From the NCBI GenBank assembly GCA_035715145.1, contig DASTLH010000033.1:1-54634 (forward strand): a stretch of DNA of 54,634 nucleotides, given 5' to 3'. Below, one piece after another: positions 1 through 8,955 of the stretch; positions within the stretch are counted from its first letter, which is position 1, and the number at the start of each line of letters is the position of its first letter. The notes under the pieces were generated by a model, which was given only the letters and a program-made list of their open reading frames with translations, did no database searches and was not told the origin of the DNA. The position numbers and the translations under genes are program-made. This DNA is from Patescibacteria group bacterium (GTDB lineage: Bacteria; Patescibacteriota; Microgenomatia; Levybacterales; UBA12049).

Positions 1-13
1 TATTTTATTCGCT

Positions 14-2236
14 ATGCAAACCTTTCTTAACAGGATTATTTCTTTTTGTTTTTATACCCTCTTTTTAGTCGTTCCCCTTACCTTTTTTTCAGATACATCA
101 GAGCTTTTTGAGTTTAATAAAATGTGGCTTGTTTTTATTCTCTCTCTAATTATTTTTGTCTCCTGGACTGGCAAAATGATTATTACTCGCCAGATAAAAA
201 TTCAACGAACTCCTCTTGAAATTCCTTTAGCTCTTTTTTTAGCGTCACAAATTATTTCATCTATTTTTTCTCTTGACCCTCATGTCTCATTCTGGGGATA
301 TTACTCACGATTTAACGGCGGGCTTCTTTCAACTATTACCTATCTCTTTTTGTATGCTGCCTTTGTCAGCAATATCTCACTCAAACAAGTCTGGAAATAT
401 CTGAGCGCAAGTGTTGTGGCAGGAGTGCTTGTTGGACTCTGGGGACTACCTTCTCATTTTGGTTACGACCCAACGTGTCTTCTTTTTAGAGGAACTTTTG
501 ATGTTTCCTGTTGGACAAACGCATTCCAGCCAAAAGTCAGAATTTTCTCAACCCTTGGACAACCTGATTGGCTCTCTGCCTATCTGGTCCTCCTCACGCC
601 AATTGCACTCGCATTAGGGATAAATGCATGGGGGAAAAAGAAACTTCCTCAAAGCTTTTTCTACTTTGGCGCAACGATATTGTTTTATGTAGACAATTTA
701 TATACCCGTGCCAGATCTGGATTTATCGGCATGATGGCTGCATTAGTAGTATTTGTTGGCTGGTATCTTTTTATTACCAGACGCCAACTCCTCACCCACG
801 GAATAAAAAAGATACTCCCCCTTGGCAGTATCATTGCTCTTTGTTTTGTTATTACATTTTTCCTTGGGACATCAATTGCCCAACTGGATAAATTCTCTTT
901 TGACGGAATAAAAAGTATGCTCACAACCCATCCGGTAGCTGTCGCACCAGCAGCTAAAACCACAGCAACTGCTTCTGCTGCCCAGACAGAATTTGGAGGA
1001 ACAGATTCCGGAAGAATTCGTTTGTACGTCTGGCAAGGAGCTCTTTCTATCTGGAAAGCCTATCCTCTTTTTGGCAGTGGTGTAGAAACATTTGCCTATG
1101 CCTACTACATGTTCCGTCCGGCTGGCCACAACATGACATCAGAATGGGATTATCTCTACAACAAAGCACACAACGAATATCTTAATTATCTTGCAACAAC
1201 TGGATTGTTTGGACTGGCAACATATCTTTCTATTATTGGACTGTTCTTCTTCACTACCACACGTTTGTGGAAAAAACATATCCCTCAATTGTTCTCAGAA
1301 AAAAAATCTTCTTATACTCTAGAGACTCATCTTGTCAGCCTCTCCTTAGTCGCTTCTTATGTCAGTATTTTGGTAACCAATTTCTTTGGATTTTCTGTTG
1401 TTAATGTAAATCTCTATTTTTTCCTTATCCCAGCATTTCTTTTCTTTATTGAAGGACTTTTGCCAAATCAAAACGTTTTTGTATTTCCCAAACAGTCATC
1501 AGAGTCTTCTGAAGTATCAGGATTTCAGTGGCTTGGCCTGACAGTTGTCTCTATAATTGGCATCTATTTCTTATTAGTCCTTACTCAGTACTGGACTGCA
1601 GACAGAGCATATGCTTTAGGACTTAATCTGGATCACGCAGGACAATATCAGCAAGCATACCAACCGCTGCATGATGCCGTCCAACAACGCACTGATGAAC
1701 CAACCTTTCAAGATGAGTTGGCTATCAATGATGCTATTTTGGCTGGAGCACTTATTTCCCAAGATTCATCAACCGCATCAAAGCTTGCACAAGAAGCAGT
1801 CACAACTAATACCACTCTCGTAACCCAACACCCCAACAATGTCACATTCTGGAAAAGTAGAGTCAGAATAATGTATATTTTGGCTCAATTAAATTCACGA
1901 TACATGCAAGACGCACTCATTGCCATTCAAAAAGCTCACCAGCTAGCTCCAACTGATGCAAAAGTTGATTACAATTTAGGCCTTTTATACGGCCAGACAG
2001 GACAATTAGATAGCGCCATTGCGACCCTTAAGGAAACAATTCAACTCAAATCAGATTATCGAGATGCCTATTATGCGTTAGGCATTTTCTATAGAAATAA
2101 AGCAGTTGGCAAAGGAAAAACAGTTACCGATCCTCAAGCAGAACAACAAGCAGTGGCTCTGATGCATCACATTTTATCCTTAGACCCAACGGACAAGCAG
2201 GCACAAACTGCTCTTGAAAGCTGGGGAGAACAATAA
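14..2236 (+). CDS. O-antigen ligase (Wzy_C)-like polytopic membrane protein with C-terminal TPR repeats
   Basis: 740-aa ORF with many hydrophobic helices. The loop motif YNKAHNEYLNYLATTGLFGL resembles the Wzy_C/O-antigen-ligase signature. The last ~200 aa carry TPR-like repeats (NLGLLYGQTGQLDSA, AYYALGIFYRNKA). Confidence 0.75.
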   Translation: MQTFLNRIISFCFYTLFLVVPLTFFSDTSELFEFNKMWLVFILSLIIFVSWTGKMIITRQIKIQRTPLEIPLALFLASQIISSIFSLDPHVSFWGYYSRFNGGLLSTITYLFLYAAFVSNISLKQVWKYLSASVVAGVLVGLWGLPSHFGYDPTCLLFRGTFDVSCWTNAFQPKVRIFSTLGQPDWLSAYLVLLTPIALALGINAWGKKKLPQSFFYFGATILFYVDNLYTRARSGFIGMMAALVVFVGWYLFITRRQLLTHGIKKILPLGSIIALCFVITFFLGTSIAQLDKFSFDGIKSMLTTHPVAVAPAAKTTATASAAQTEFGGTDSGRIRLYVWQGALSIWKAYPLFGSGVETFAYAYYMFRPAGHNMTSEWDYLYNKAHNEYLNYLATTGLFGLATYLSIIGLFFFTTTRLWKKHIPQLFSEKKSSYTLETHLVSLSLVASYVSILVTNFFGFSVVNVNLYFFLIPAFLFFIEGLLPNQNVFVFPKQSSESSEVSGFQWLGLTVVSIIGIYFLLVLTQYWTADRAYALGLNLDHAGQYQQAYQPLHDAVQQRTDEPTFQDELAINDAILAGALISQDSSTASKLAQEAVTTNTTLVTQHPNNVTFWKSRVRIMYILAQLNSRYMQDALIAIQKAHQLAPTDAKVDYNLGLLYGQTGQLDSAIATLKETIQLKSDYRDAYYALGIFYRNKAVGKGKTVTDPQAEQQAVALMHHILSLDPTDKQAQTALESWGEQ

Positions 2237-2269
2237 ACACCCCACCACTACTTCCTTGGTAAATACTCA

Positions 2270-2278
2270 TGGTATAAT
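2270..2278 (+). promoter_or_regulatory. extended -10 element (TGgTATAAT) 6 nt upstream of the def ATG
   Basis: TGGTATAAT at 2270-2278, then AGCCAT, then ATG at 2285. There is no room for a Shine-Dalgarno, so the transcript is probably leaderless. Confidence 0.5.
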
Positions 2279-2284
2279 AGCCAT

Positions 2285-2821
2285 ATGAAAATTGTTCAAG
2301 CACCAGATAGCGTTTTGTCATCCAAAGCAAAACCAGTAGAAAAAATAGATAAAGATATAAAAAAGCTTCTTGAGGACATGGAACAGACACTTTTGAGCGC
2401 AGCAGACCCTGAAGGGGTTGGAATTGCGGCTCCACAAGTTGGAAAATCTCTCCAAATCTTTTTGATGAAACCAGAAAAAGATTCACCGGTTGAGGCAGTT
2501 ATTAATCCAGTTTTAGAACTTTTAGGAACTCCCCACAAAAAGAAATCAAAAAATGGCGGCGCACTTTTAGAAGGCTGTCTGTCACTTAAAGATATCTGGG
2601 GAACAGTTCTACGCTATCCTAAAGTCAAAATCACCTATCTTGATGCAAAAGGCAAAAGTCACACCAAAACTGTCACTGGCTGGCCGGCAAGAATTATTCA
2701 GCATGAATATGACCATTTACAAGGAATCCTTTTCCCCCGACGTGTGCTAGAACAAGAAGGACAACTGTATAAATCTCATAAAGAAGACGACAAAGATGTG
2801 TTTGAACCACTCACCATTTAA
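2285..2821 (+). CDS. def: peptide deformylase
   Basis: All three deformylase motifs are present: GVGIAAPQVG, EGCLS, QHEYDHLQG. 178 aa, immediately followed by fmt. Confidence 0.95.
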   Translation: MKIVQAPDSVLSSKAKPVEKIDKDIKKLLEDMEQTLLSAADPEGVGIAAPQVGKSLQIFLMKPEKDSPVEAVINPVLELLGTPHKKKSKNGGALLEGCLSLKDIWGTVLRYPKVKITYLDAKGKSHTKTVTGWPARIIQHEYDHLQGILFPRRVLEQEGQLYKSHKEDDKDVFEPLTI

Positions 2822-3645
2822 TGGATATTGTTTTTTTTGGATCATCATCATACGTTTTACCACTGCTTGAAACGCTCAACTCACAGTTTCATCTCAAATT
2901 AGTTGTCACAACAGAAAAAAATCCCCACGAACCAATTATTAAATTCTGCCAGGAAAATACTATCTCCTGTGTCAGTACAACAACCCTTGCCACTGATGAA
3001 ATCCAGTCAACTCTAAGAGATCAGCAGGCAAACGTAGCAGTTCTTGCGTCATTTGGACTCATAATTCCTCAAGAGGTCATAGACATATTCCCCAAAGGCA
3101 TTGTAAACCTCCACCCTTCATTTTTACCCAATTACCGAGGCAGTACACCTATTCAAGCAGCAATACGAAATGGAGACAAAGAAACAGCAGTCAGCATTAT
3201 GCTTTTAGATCAAGAGGTAGACCACGGCCCCTTGCTCGCTCAAGTTCCTTTGGAAATTTCCGAGGAGGACACCTCTGAAAGCCTCTATAAAAAAGCATTT
3301 GCCATTGGAGCAGACAAACTTATAGACATTCTCCCCTCCTACGTTGCAGGAAATCTGTCTTTACGGCCACAAGACCATTCCAAAGCAACATTTACAACGC
3401 CATTAACGCGTGACAGTGGCCATATTGATGCCACCAACCCTCCAGCAAACCTCTCCTATCTTGTAAGAGCCTATTATCCCTGGCCGGGAGTTTGGACAAC
3501 TATGAATTTGTTTGGAAAAGAAAAAAAGGTAAAACTGCTTCCAAAAGGAATGTTATTGGTTGAAGGGAAAAAGCCAATGAGTAAAAAGGATTTTATCAAC
3601 GGGTATCCTCAGACAAAAAAAGTAGTGGAACAATTAGACTTCTAA
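2821..3645 (+). CDS. fmt: methionyl-tRNA formyltransferase
   Basis: Formyltransferase core NLHPSFLPNYRGSTPIQAAI. Conserved def-fmt synteny, with a TAATG stop/start overlap at 2819-2823. Confidence 0.9.
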   Translation: MDIVFFGSSSYVLPLLETLNSQFHLKLVVTTEKNPHEPIIKFCQENTISCVSTTTLATDEIQSTLRDQQANVAVLASFGLIIPQEVIDIFPKGIVNLHPSFLPNYRGSTPIQAAIRNGDKETAVSIMLLDQEVDHGPLLAQVPLEISEEDTSESLYKKAFAIGADKLIDILPSYVAGNLSLRPQDHSKATFTTPLTRDSGHIDATNPPANLSYLVRAYYPWPGVWTTMNLFGKEKKVKLLPKGMLLVEGKKPMSKKDFINGYPQTKKVVEQLDF

Positions 3646-3650
3646 AAGAC

Positions 3651-3878
3651 TTATTCAGCTGCAACTTCTGGGGTAATTTCTTCTGCTTTTGGATTTGTTG
3701 CTGCTTTTACAACTCGAAGACACTTGGTGCAAAGCTTAACGCTCACCATACTCTGACCCATTTTCACTCGTGCTGAATGAAGGTTGGGTTTAAAAATTTT
3801 TCTAGTTCTGTTTTTTGCGTGAGAAACATTATGTCCATACATAACGCCTTTTCCGCAGTTCATACATTTCATTGCCAT
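3651..3878 (-). CDS. rpmB: 50S ribosomal protein L28 (Cys4 zinc-ribbon form)
   Basis: 75 aa, MAMKCMNCGKGVMYGHNVSHAKNRTRKIFKPNLHSARV matches the L28 N-terminal signature. CxxC...CxxC is present. AAAGGAA Shine-Dalgarno upstream. Confidence 0.9.
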   Translation of the reverse strand: MAMKCMNCGKGVMYGHNVSHAKNRTRKIFKPNLHSARVKMGQSMVSVKLCTKCLRVVKAATNPKAEEITPEVAAE

Positions 3879-3935
3879 ATATTTATTCCTTTTTCGGGTG
3901 AAAGTATGATATCATAAACTGAGTTTCAGAACAAT

Positions 3936-4592
3936 ATGGAAATCGTAATAGGCATTGTCGTTCTTGTTTTCTCCGCTATTCTTCACGAAGTTGCACATGG
4001 CTATGTTGCAGACAGACTGGGAGATCCCACAGCCAGACTGATGGGCAGACTTACCCTTGACCCCAGAAAACATATTGACCCGTTTTTGAGTATTCTTCTC
4101 CCCTTGCTTCTTATAATTTCTGGTTCCCCTGTTATTTTTGGAGGGGCAAAACCTGTTCCAATTGATCCATACAACCTCAGAGAAGGAAGAAAAGATATTG
4201 CACTTGTCTCTTTGGCTGGCCCACTTACCAATGTGCTTTTGGCAATTGCAAGTAGTCTTCTTTTAAAAGGATTGGTATTTCTTTTTCCCATGACACCGAC
4301 AACGGTCGTTTCCAACACGGTCATTACCTTCATCTACGCACTGCTTATCACTATTGTTCACTATAATATTTTGCTTGCAATCTTTAATTTGTTGCCAATT
4401 CCGCCACTGGACGGGTCAAAAATCTTTTCTCTTATTCTTCCAGAACGCGAGGCAGCTTTATTTTTATCTCTCAGCCAAATTGGCATTTTTATTCTGTTTT
4501 TCCTTCTGGTTTTTCCAATTGGTGGCTTCTCGCTTGAGCATCTGATAGGACAACTGTACAATTACAGTCTCACTCTTTTGGGACTTCCCTAA
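3936..4592 (+). CDS. site-2 protease family (peptidase M50) membrane metalloprotease
   Basis: HEVAHG zinc motif in the first TM helix and NLLPIPPLDGSK second motif; multi-pass membrane protein of 218 aa. Confidence 0.85.
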   Translation: MEIVIGIVVLVFSAILHEVAHGYVADRLGDPTARLMGRLTLDPRKHIDPFLSILLPLLLIISGSPVIFGGAKPVPIDPYNLREGRKDIALVSLAGPLTNVLLAIASSLLLKGLVFLFPMTPTTVVSNTVITFIYALLITIVHYNILLAIFNLLPIPPLDGSKIFSLILPEREAALFLSLSQIGIFILFFLLVFPIGGFSLEHLIGQLYNYSLTLLGLP

Positions 4593-4594
4593 CC

Positions 4595-4624
4595 TTGACA
4601 ACAACCCGCTGTCTTTGTTAGCCT
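4595..4624 (+). promoter_or_regulatory. sigma70-like promoter (TTGACA-N18-TAGCCT) 6 nt before ATG 4631
   Basis: TTGACA 4595-4600, weak -10 TAGCCT 4619-4624, ATG at 4631. Confidence 0.35.
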
Positions 4625-4630
4625 AGGTTT

Positions 4631-4963
4631 ATGGATTCTACCCTTCCTCCACAAAATCAATCATTTTTTACTCGCCACAAATTTAGCATTATTAGCTTTA
4701 TTATTCTTATTCTGGCTTTAATTCCTTTAATAGTCCTTTCTCAATCACCAAAGAAAAAAACAACAGAAAAACTCTCTTCTGCCGGGTTTGTCCAACCAAC
4801 AGTTTCACCAACCCCTACCATTATGCCGCTTCCTCCAGAAAAAGCACTTCCTACAATTCAAGCAACAGATCAAAATATCCAAAATGCTCTCAATCAGGCA
4901 AATTCAGAAGTTACTGCCGCCTCACAAATTGACATGACACAAGACTCGACACAAGGACTATGA
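4631..4963 (+). CDS. hypothetical membrane-anchored protein
   Basis: 110 aa with one N-terminal TM helix (FSIISFIILILALIPLIVL) and a Pro/Thr-rich segment. ATGA overlap with the next ORF suggests co-translation. Confidence 0.5.
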   Translation: MDSTLPPQNQSFFTRHKFSIISFIILILALIPLIVLSQSPKKKTTEKLSSAGFVQPTVSPTPTIMPLPPEKALPTIQATDQNIQNALNQANSEVTAASQIDMTQDSTQGL

Positions 4964-5841
4964 AAAAAATAATTTTTACTGCAATTCTTTTATTTATTTT
5001 GCCTCTGACAATTCAAAAAACATGGGCACAACAAAATACAAATCCAACAACCCCTATTCATGCCTCTCCAACACCACAAAATGATCCTCAAATCAACGCT
5101 CTCAAACAAAAGGCAGATACTTTAATTACCAATAGAATTACTCAATTAAATACTCTCTTAACGCATCTTTCTCAACTAAATTTATCTGATAGCGACAGAG
5201 CATCTTTTACCAATTCAATTCAGGACACCATAACCTCTTTAAACCAACTGAAAGCAAAAATTGACGGTGAATCAGACCTAACGGCACTCCAGGAAGACAC
5301 TAAGTCCATTGTCACTGTCTATAAAATTTATACCTATTTTGAACCACGAATTCGCTTAACTATTGCTATCAAAACCCTTTCTCAAATTACCCAGCGGCTT
5401 ACTGTAGTTGCCAATGACCTTTCAACAACTGTTTCTTATCTTCAATCCCAAGGAAAGGACACAACGGCTTTTGAAAAAGCATTAACAGATATCAACTTCA
5501 ACCTCACACAAATAGACTCAACTCTTCATTTTGACCAAAATACCATCAATAACATAACCATCTCATCAGCATCTCAAACATCATTTTCCTCTATCTTTAC
5601 GCAAATCCGAAAAGACCTCGCAACAATACAAGAACGGTTTGCCGCCATAAGACAAGACTTCTCTACAATTCAAGCCATTCTCAACGCTCCCAATACAACA
5701 ACAACTATAAATGGCACTATCACGCCAAAACCAACATTGACATGCTATCCCAGACCTTCCTGTCTTGACGGGACCCCTCGTTGTATGATCGCTCAACCTA
5801 TTGGTGGCTGGTGTTCTCCCACTATTTCTCCTCGTCAATAA
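4960..5841 (+). CDS. hypothetical secreted protein, helical, with Cys-rich C-terminus
   Basis: 293 aa. Signal-peptide-like N-terminus MKKIIFTAILLFILPLTIQKTWA, and C-terminal CYPRPSCLDGTPRCMIAQPIGGWC. No family recognised. Confidence 0.6.
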   Translation: MKKIIFTAILLFILPLTIQKTWAQQNTNPTTPIHASPTPQNDPQINALKQKADTLITNRITQLNTLLTHLSQLNLSDSDRASFTNSIQDTITSLNQLKAKIDGESDLTALQEDTKSIVTVYKIYTYFEPRIRLTIAIKTLSQITQRLTVVANDLSTTVSYLQSQGKDTTAFEKALTDINFNLTQIDSTLHFDQNTINNITISSASQTSFSSIFTQIRKDLATIQERFAAIRQDFSTIQAILNAPNTTTTINGTITPKPTLTCYPRPSCLDGTPRCMIAQPIGGWCSPTISPRQ

Positions 5842-5905
5842 ATCTCTCACTTTAACCATTTTCCTATTGACAAAACTTCGAAAGAATATCATAGTATTTT
5901 GTGGC

Positions 5906-6139
5906 ATGGACAATTTGCAAAAGCTCCAACAGCAATCCCTGCAGATGCAGCAATCCCTTCAACAGGAAGAAGTTATCACCGACCTCAATGGAGTAAAAAT
6001 AGTCATGAGAGGAGATCAATACGTCCGAGAAGTTTTAGTCAATGGACAACCCTATCCCCAAATTGCAGAAGCTATTAATGATGCTATTCAAAAGACTCAA
6101 GCATTAGCTGCTCAGAAGATTATCGCCCTCAACCGTTAA
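5906..6139 (+). CDS. YbaB/EbfC-like nucleoid-associated protein
   Basis: 77 aa from the internal ATG at 5906. The Gln-rich N-terminal helix (LQKLQQQSLQMQQSLQQEE), beta segment (GVKIVMRGDQYVREVLV) and C-terminal helix follow the YbaB layout. The upstream part of ORF 5801-6139 is hydrophobic read-through of the previous gene's end. Confidence 0.6.
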   Translation: MDNLQKLQQQSLQMQQSLQQEEVITDLNGVKIVMRGDQYVREVLVNGQPYPQIAEAINDAIQKTQALAAQKIIALNR

Positions 6140-6875
6140 TAACATTATTAAATTGGACTGGCCCAAAAGATCGTGTAAATTGTACCTGTGCTCTGCCTGT
6201 ATTAGTCTTTATCATATCCTGCATGTCCAGATGAACTCGTTCAGGCATAATGCCATCTCTAATTGATTGAGAATTTCTCCCTGTAAGCCAATCTCCAGGG
6301 AAATGTCGTTGAACACCATACTCAATTCTGTCAGGATGGACAGCAAAAGGAATTTTATTGCCTTGAACATAATATTTCCCTTCTGACTCAACATGGGTTC
6401 CTTTTTCTGGACTCAATAGTAAAACAGCTTGCCAAATATCAATTTTTCTTGTTGCTACCAATCCAAAAATTTCAAGAGGAGGGATACGTTTTCTTTGCGG
6501 CTCAACAATAATGTGCCCAGTAAGAGGTTGCTGCTCTCCGCCGGCTGAAATGACAACCATTTGTGAAACCCTAACGCCACCGTCTACATCAGCACCAGCA
6601 TACAAAGTATTTACAAAACTTTTAAGAGAATCAGGGACAAACTGTTCTTGATTCTCACCAAAAATAACTGTCACTGCCCCGTTAATATCTCCAGCATCAA
6701 CACCTCTAACTGTCTCTTGTTGCAACTGTTGTTGAAGATGAAGATTTCTGGTTAAGCCTGCTCCAGCTAAAGAACCCATGATAAGGCGCCATTCACGGCC
6801 AACTCGCCTGCAGAGCTCTGGGTTTGGTTGATTACGAAGTTCTAAACTTTGAGAATGGTCTTCAGCAGTTGCCAT
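6129..6875 (-). CDS. hypothetical soluble protein (248 aa)
   Basis: Long ORF with normal amino-acid composition. Last gene of a four-gene minus-strand cluster. Its 3' end overlaps the ybaB-like gene convergently by 11 nt. No motif recognised. Confidence 0.6.
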   Translation of the reverse strand: MATAEDHSQSLELRNQPNPELCRRVGREWRLIMGSLAGAGLTRNLHLQQQLQQETVRGVDAGDINGAVTVIFGENQEQFVPDSLKSFVNTLYAGADVDGGVRVSQMVVISAGGEQQPLTGHIIVEPQRKRIPPLEIFGLVATRKIDIWQAVLLLSPEKGTHVESEGKYYVQGNKIPFAVHPDRIEYGVQRHFPGDWLTGRNSQSIRDGIMPERVHLDMQDMIKTNTGRAQVQFTRSFGPVQFNNVING

Positions 6876-6890
6876 ATACTTTATAATACA

Positions 6891-7301
6891 TTATTCTTGG
6901 GGGGTTTGTCTTTGTGGAAGTACATCTGTAACAACTCGTCTGCCTGCAATTCCAAGTAAGGCTAAGCCGAGAAGACCAAATACAGCATTTGGAACAGTAA
7001 GAAATTCCTGATGAGAAGTAACAAAGTTTGCAACATTTTCCATAGCTCCTCCTTGTTGGAAAAGCCAAAGTGTCCATTTATCAACATTTAAGCTTGCCAA
7101 CCCAAAGAGCCCCGCAGTCAATGTGGCAAGGGTTCCTTCCTCTGAAAGTCTGATTGTCCCTTCTGTTGTTAATGGAGCATGCCTATGCCAAAGGCCGGCT
7201 AATCCTGTTTCATGATGTGGAATTGGAACAACGGGGATACCGGTTCTATCTTCTAGGGATAATCCTGAAAATGGGGGTTCTGAGTCAACATTAATTGCCA
7301 T
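6891..7301 (-). CDS. hypothetical membrane protein with Gly/Ala/Leu-rich hydrophobic segments
   Basis: 136 aa with segments LTAGLFGLASL and AVFGLLGLALLGIAGRR. Preceded by TGtTATAAT 8 nt from the ATG. Confidence 0.55.
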   Translation of the reverse strand: MAINVDSEPPFSGLSLEDRTGIPVVPIPHHETGLAGLWHRHAPLTTEGTIRLSEEGTLATLTAGLFGLASLNVDKWTLWLFQQGGAMENVANFVTSHQEFLTVPNAVFGLLGLALLGIAGRRVVTDVLPQRQTPQE

Positions 7302-7309
7302 ATGAAGAA

Positions 7310-7318
7310 ATTATAACA
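7310..7318 (-). promoter_or_regulatory. extended -10 element (TGtTATAAT) 8 nt upstream of ATG 7301
   Basis: Minus strand reads TGTTATAAT-TTCTTCAT-ATG. Confidence 0.45.
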
Positions 7319-7331
7319 AAGAATTATTCGT

Positions 7332-7577
7332 TTAACGAGTTGCTCTCAATGCGCTTAAAACAATCAAACCAGCGGCTGCAGCTCCGATTGGACCTGCAAC
7401 AAAAAAGCCCATGGCTCCAGCAAGAACGGTAAACCCACCATTAAGAGCTACTTCTCCCCAATCCTGAGATCGTCGAGCTGGCACATCTGACATTGGTGCC
7501 TGTGCTTCTGAGAATTGTTCTGCCTTTATTGGAGGCTGAATTTGTGTTATTGCTGGTACTTGTCTTTCTACTGCCAT
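7332..7577 (-). CDS. small glycine-zipper membrane protein (81 aa)
   Basis: C-terminal NGGFTVLAGAMGFFVAGPIGAAAAGLIVLSAL, a GxxxG/A zipper. Paralogous in this segment to the 135-aa neighbour. Confidence 0.55.
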   Translation of the reverse strand: MAVERQVPAITQIQPPIKAEQFSEAQAPMSDVPARRSQDWGEVALNGGFTVLAGAMGFFVAGPIGAAAAGLIVLSALRATR

Positions 7578-7598
7578 ATATATCCCCTGCCACCGCGT

Positions 7599-7627
7599 AT
7601 ATTACACCCACTACAGGCTCCTGTCAA
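7599..7627 (-). promoter_or_regulatory. sigma70-like promoter TTGACA-N17-TAATAT for the 81-aa gene
   Basis: Minus strand reads TTGACAggagCCTGTAGTgggtgTAATAT. It is 23/29 identical to the promoter at 8073-8101. Confidence 0.55.
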
Positions 7628-7630
7628 GGA

Positions 7631-8038
7631 TTATTTTTCCCCTTTAAGAAAAGCTTGTACAAGTGAATCTTTTTCTTGTGCTTTAGTATATTTCGCATCT
7701 TCACGTGCATGAATAACCTTGGATCCTCCATAGAACGCAGTAAACCCAGCAGCTGGACCGACTACCCACCCTATTGGACCAAAAGGCAATCCTCCTGCCA
7801 ACCCCAATAATCCGCCAAACAACCCATTAGCTAAAGGGTTTCGCTGATGTAAATCAGCCTTTCTATCTGCCTCACGGTAATCATCCTCAGTAAGTGGAGC
7901 ATGTTCTTGTTGAATCATCTCATCTACTCTTTCTTGAGAGATTAAGGCAAAATCACCACCACCAACATGTTCTGCAATATAAGGTGCTGGAGCTTCTGTG
8001 CCTGAGCTATCAGGTTGTGGTCGAATTTCTGTACTCAT
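7631..8038 (-). CDS. glycine-zipper membrane protein (135 aa) with acidic N-terminal domain
   Basis: NGLFGGLLGLAGGLPFGPIGWVVGPAAGFTAFYGG hydrophobic Gly-rich segment. The N-G-x-F...G-P-I-G pattern is shared with the 81-aa protein. Confidence 0.6.
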   Translation of the reverse strand: MSTEIRPQPDSSGTEAPAPYIAEHVGGGDFALISQERVDEMIQQEHAPLTEDDYREADRKADLHQRNPLANGLFGGLLGLAGGLPFGPIGWVVGPAAGFTAFYGGSKVIHAREDAKYTKAQEKDSLVQAFLKGEK

Positions 8039-8072
8039 AATTTATTATTAATATAAACAATTGCCATTTGCA

Positions 8073-8101
8073 ATACTACATCTACTACAGGACGTTGTCA
8101 A
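8073..8101 (-). promoter_or_regulatory. sigma70-like promoter TTGACA-N17-TAGTAT for the 135-aa gene
   Basis: Minus strand reads TTGACAacgtCCTGTAGTagatgTAGTAT. Back-to-back with the plus-strand promoter at 8132. Confidence 0.5.
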
Positions 8102-8131
8102 GATCTTTGCCCAAATGGTCATTTCAGTTTA

Positions 8132-8160
8132 TTGACAGCTTCCGTAGAATTACCTAATAT
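8132..8160 (+). promoter_or_regulatory. sigma70-like promoter TTGACA-N17-TAATAT, 6 nt before GTG 8167
   Basis: TTGACA 8132-8137, TAATAT 8155-8160, GAGATT, GTG start: leaderless geometry. Confidence 0.55.
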
Positions 8161-8166
8161 GAGATT

Positions 8167-8955
8167 GTGGCAGAAATTATTCAACCATCACCAACTGAGC
8201 AAACTACTCAGACAAAAAAAACGTTTAAACAGCCTCGTTTTCTCTATTATATAGAGGGCGTAAGCGCACTTATAGTAATCCTCTTTATTCTCTTTGCTCT
8301 CAATTACCTTAATATCTTTAGACTCGACTCTTTTTTTCCTTCACTCTCTGCTCTTCCTCGCTTTTTAAGAGTTCCTACTCAAGTGGTAGCACCGACTGCA
8401 ATTCCTAAAATTGGAAACATTGATTTTAAATATGATGACAACAAAGCAAAGCAATTACTCTCAACCTATCTTCAAGAAAATATGAAATCTCAATTCATTA
8501 CCGATGATCCAATTAAAGTGATGGACCCTGGAAAATCCGTTGGGCAAAATACAGTCAACTTCGGAAAAGCATGGAGCGTGAATGGGGACCAGTTTATAGC
8601 TTCATTTATTTTTTTAACTGGATCTAATTTCCCATTGGATTTGCATATTGTAGTACTCAAAAATAATGGAGCATTTGGAACAGCTGTTCCTTCTTCTCTG
8701 TCTTCTGGAAATGCTCAAAAGCTCTTTGAAACATACTTTAAAAAATCCGGGATAAATCTCACATGTACGACTAATGGTGCAATAACAAAATGTGAAAATT
8801 TTACTCAAAACTCTCAATCTAAATCTGGTTATGGCGCAATCTTGGACAAACGATCTCCTCAAAAACCTTTATTTGCTGCCTTTAGCTGTACCATCTTTAG
8901 TGTTTCTCCTGATTTTGCAAAAGCAACAAGTTGTGTTGGGGAAAATTCTTTATGA
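8167..8955 (+). CDS. hypothetical membrane-anchored extracellular protein
   Basis: 262 aa, GTG start, single TM helix (VSALIVILFILFALNYLNIF). ATGA overlap with the following large gene. Confidence 0.6.
   Translation: MAEIIQPSPTEQTTQTKKTFKQPRFLYYIEGVSALIVILFILFALNYLNIFRLDSFFPSLSALPRFLRVPTQVVAPTAIPKIGNIDFKYDDNKAKQLLSTYLQENMKSQFITDDPIKVMDPGKSVGQNTVNFGKAWSVNGDQFIASFIFLTGSNFPLDLHIVVLKNNGAFGTAVPSSLSSGNAQKLFETYFKKSGINLTCTTNGAITKCENFTQNSQSKSGYGAILDKRSPQKPLFAAFSCTIFSVSPDFAKATSCVGENSL

Noticed and set aside
411-1129. ORFs 411-617, 568-891 (plus strand), 685-963 and 872-1129 (minus strand)
   Set aside because: All lie inside the 740-aa O-antigen-ligase-like gene in other frames or on the other strand and have odd composition. 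They are shadow ORFs.
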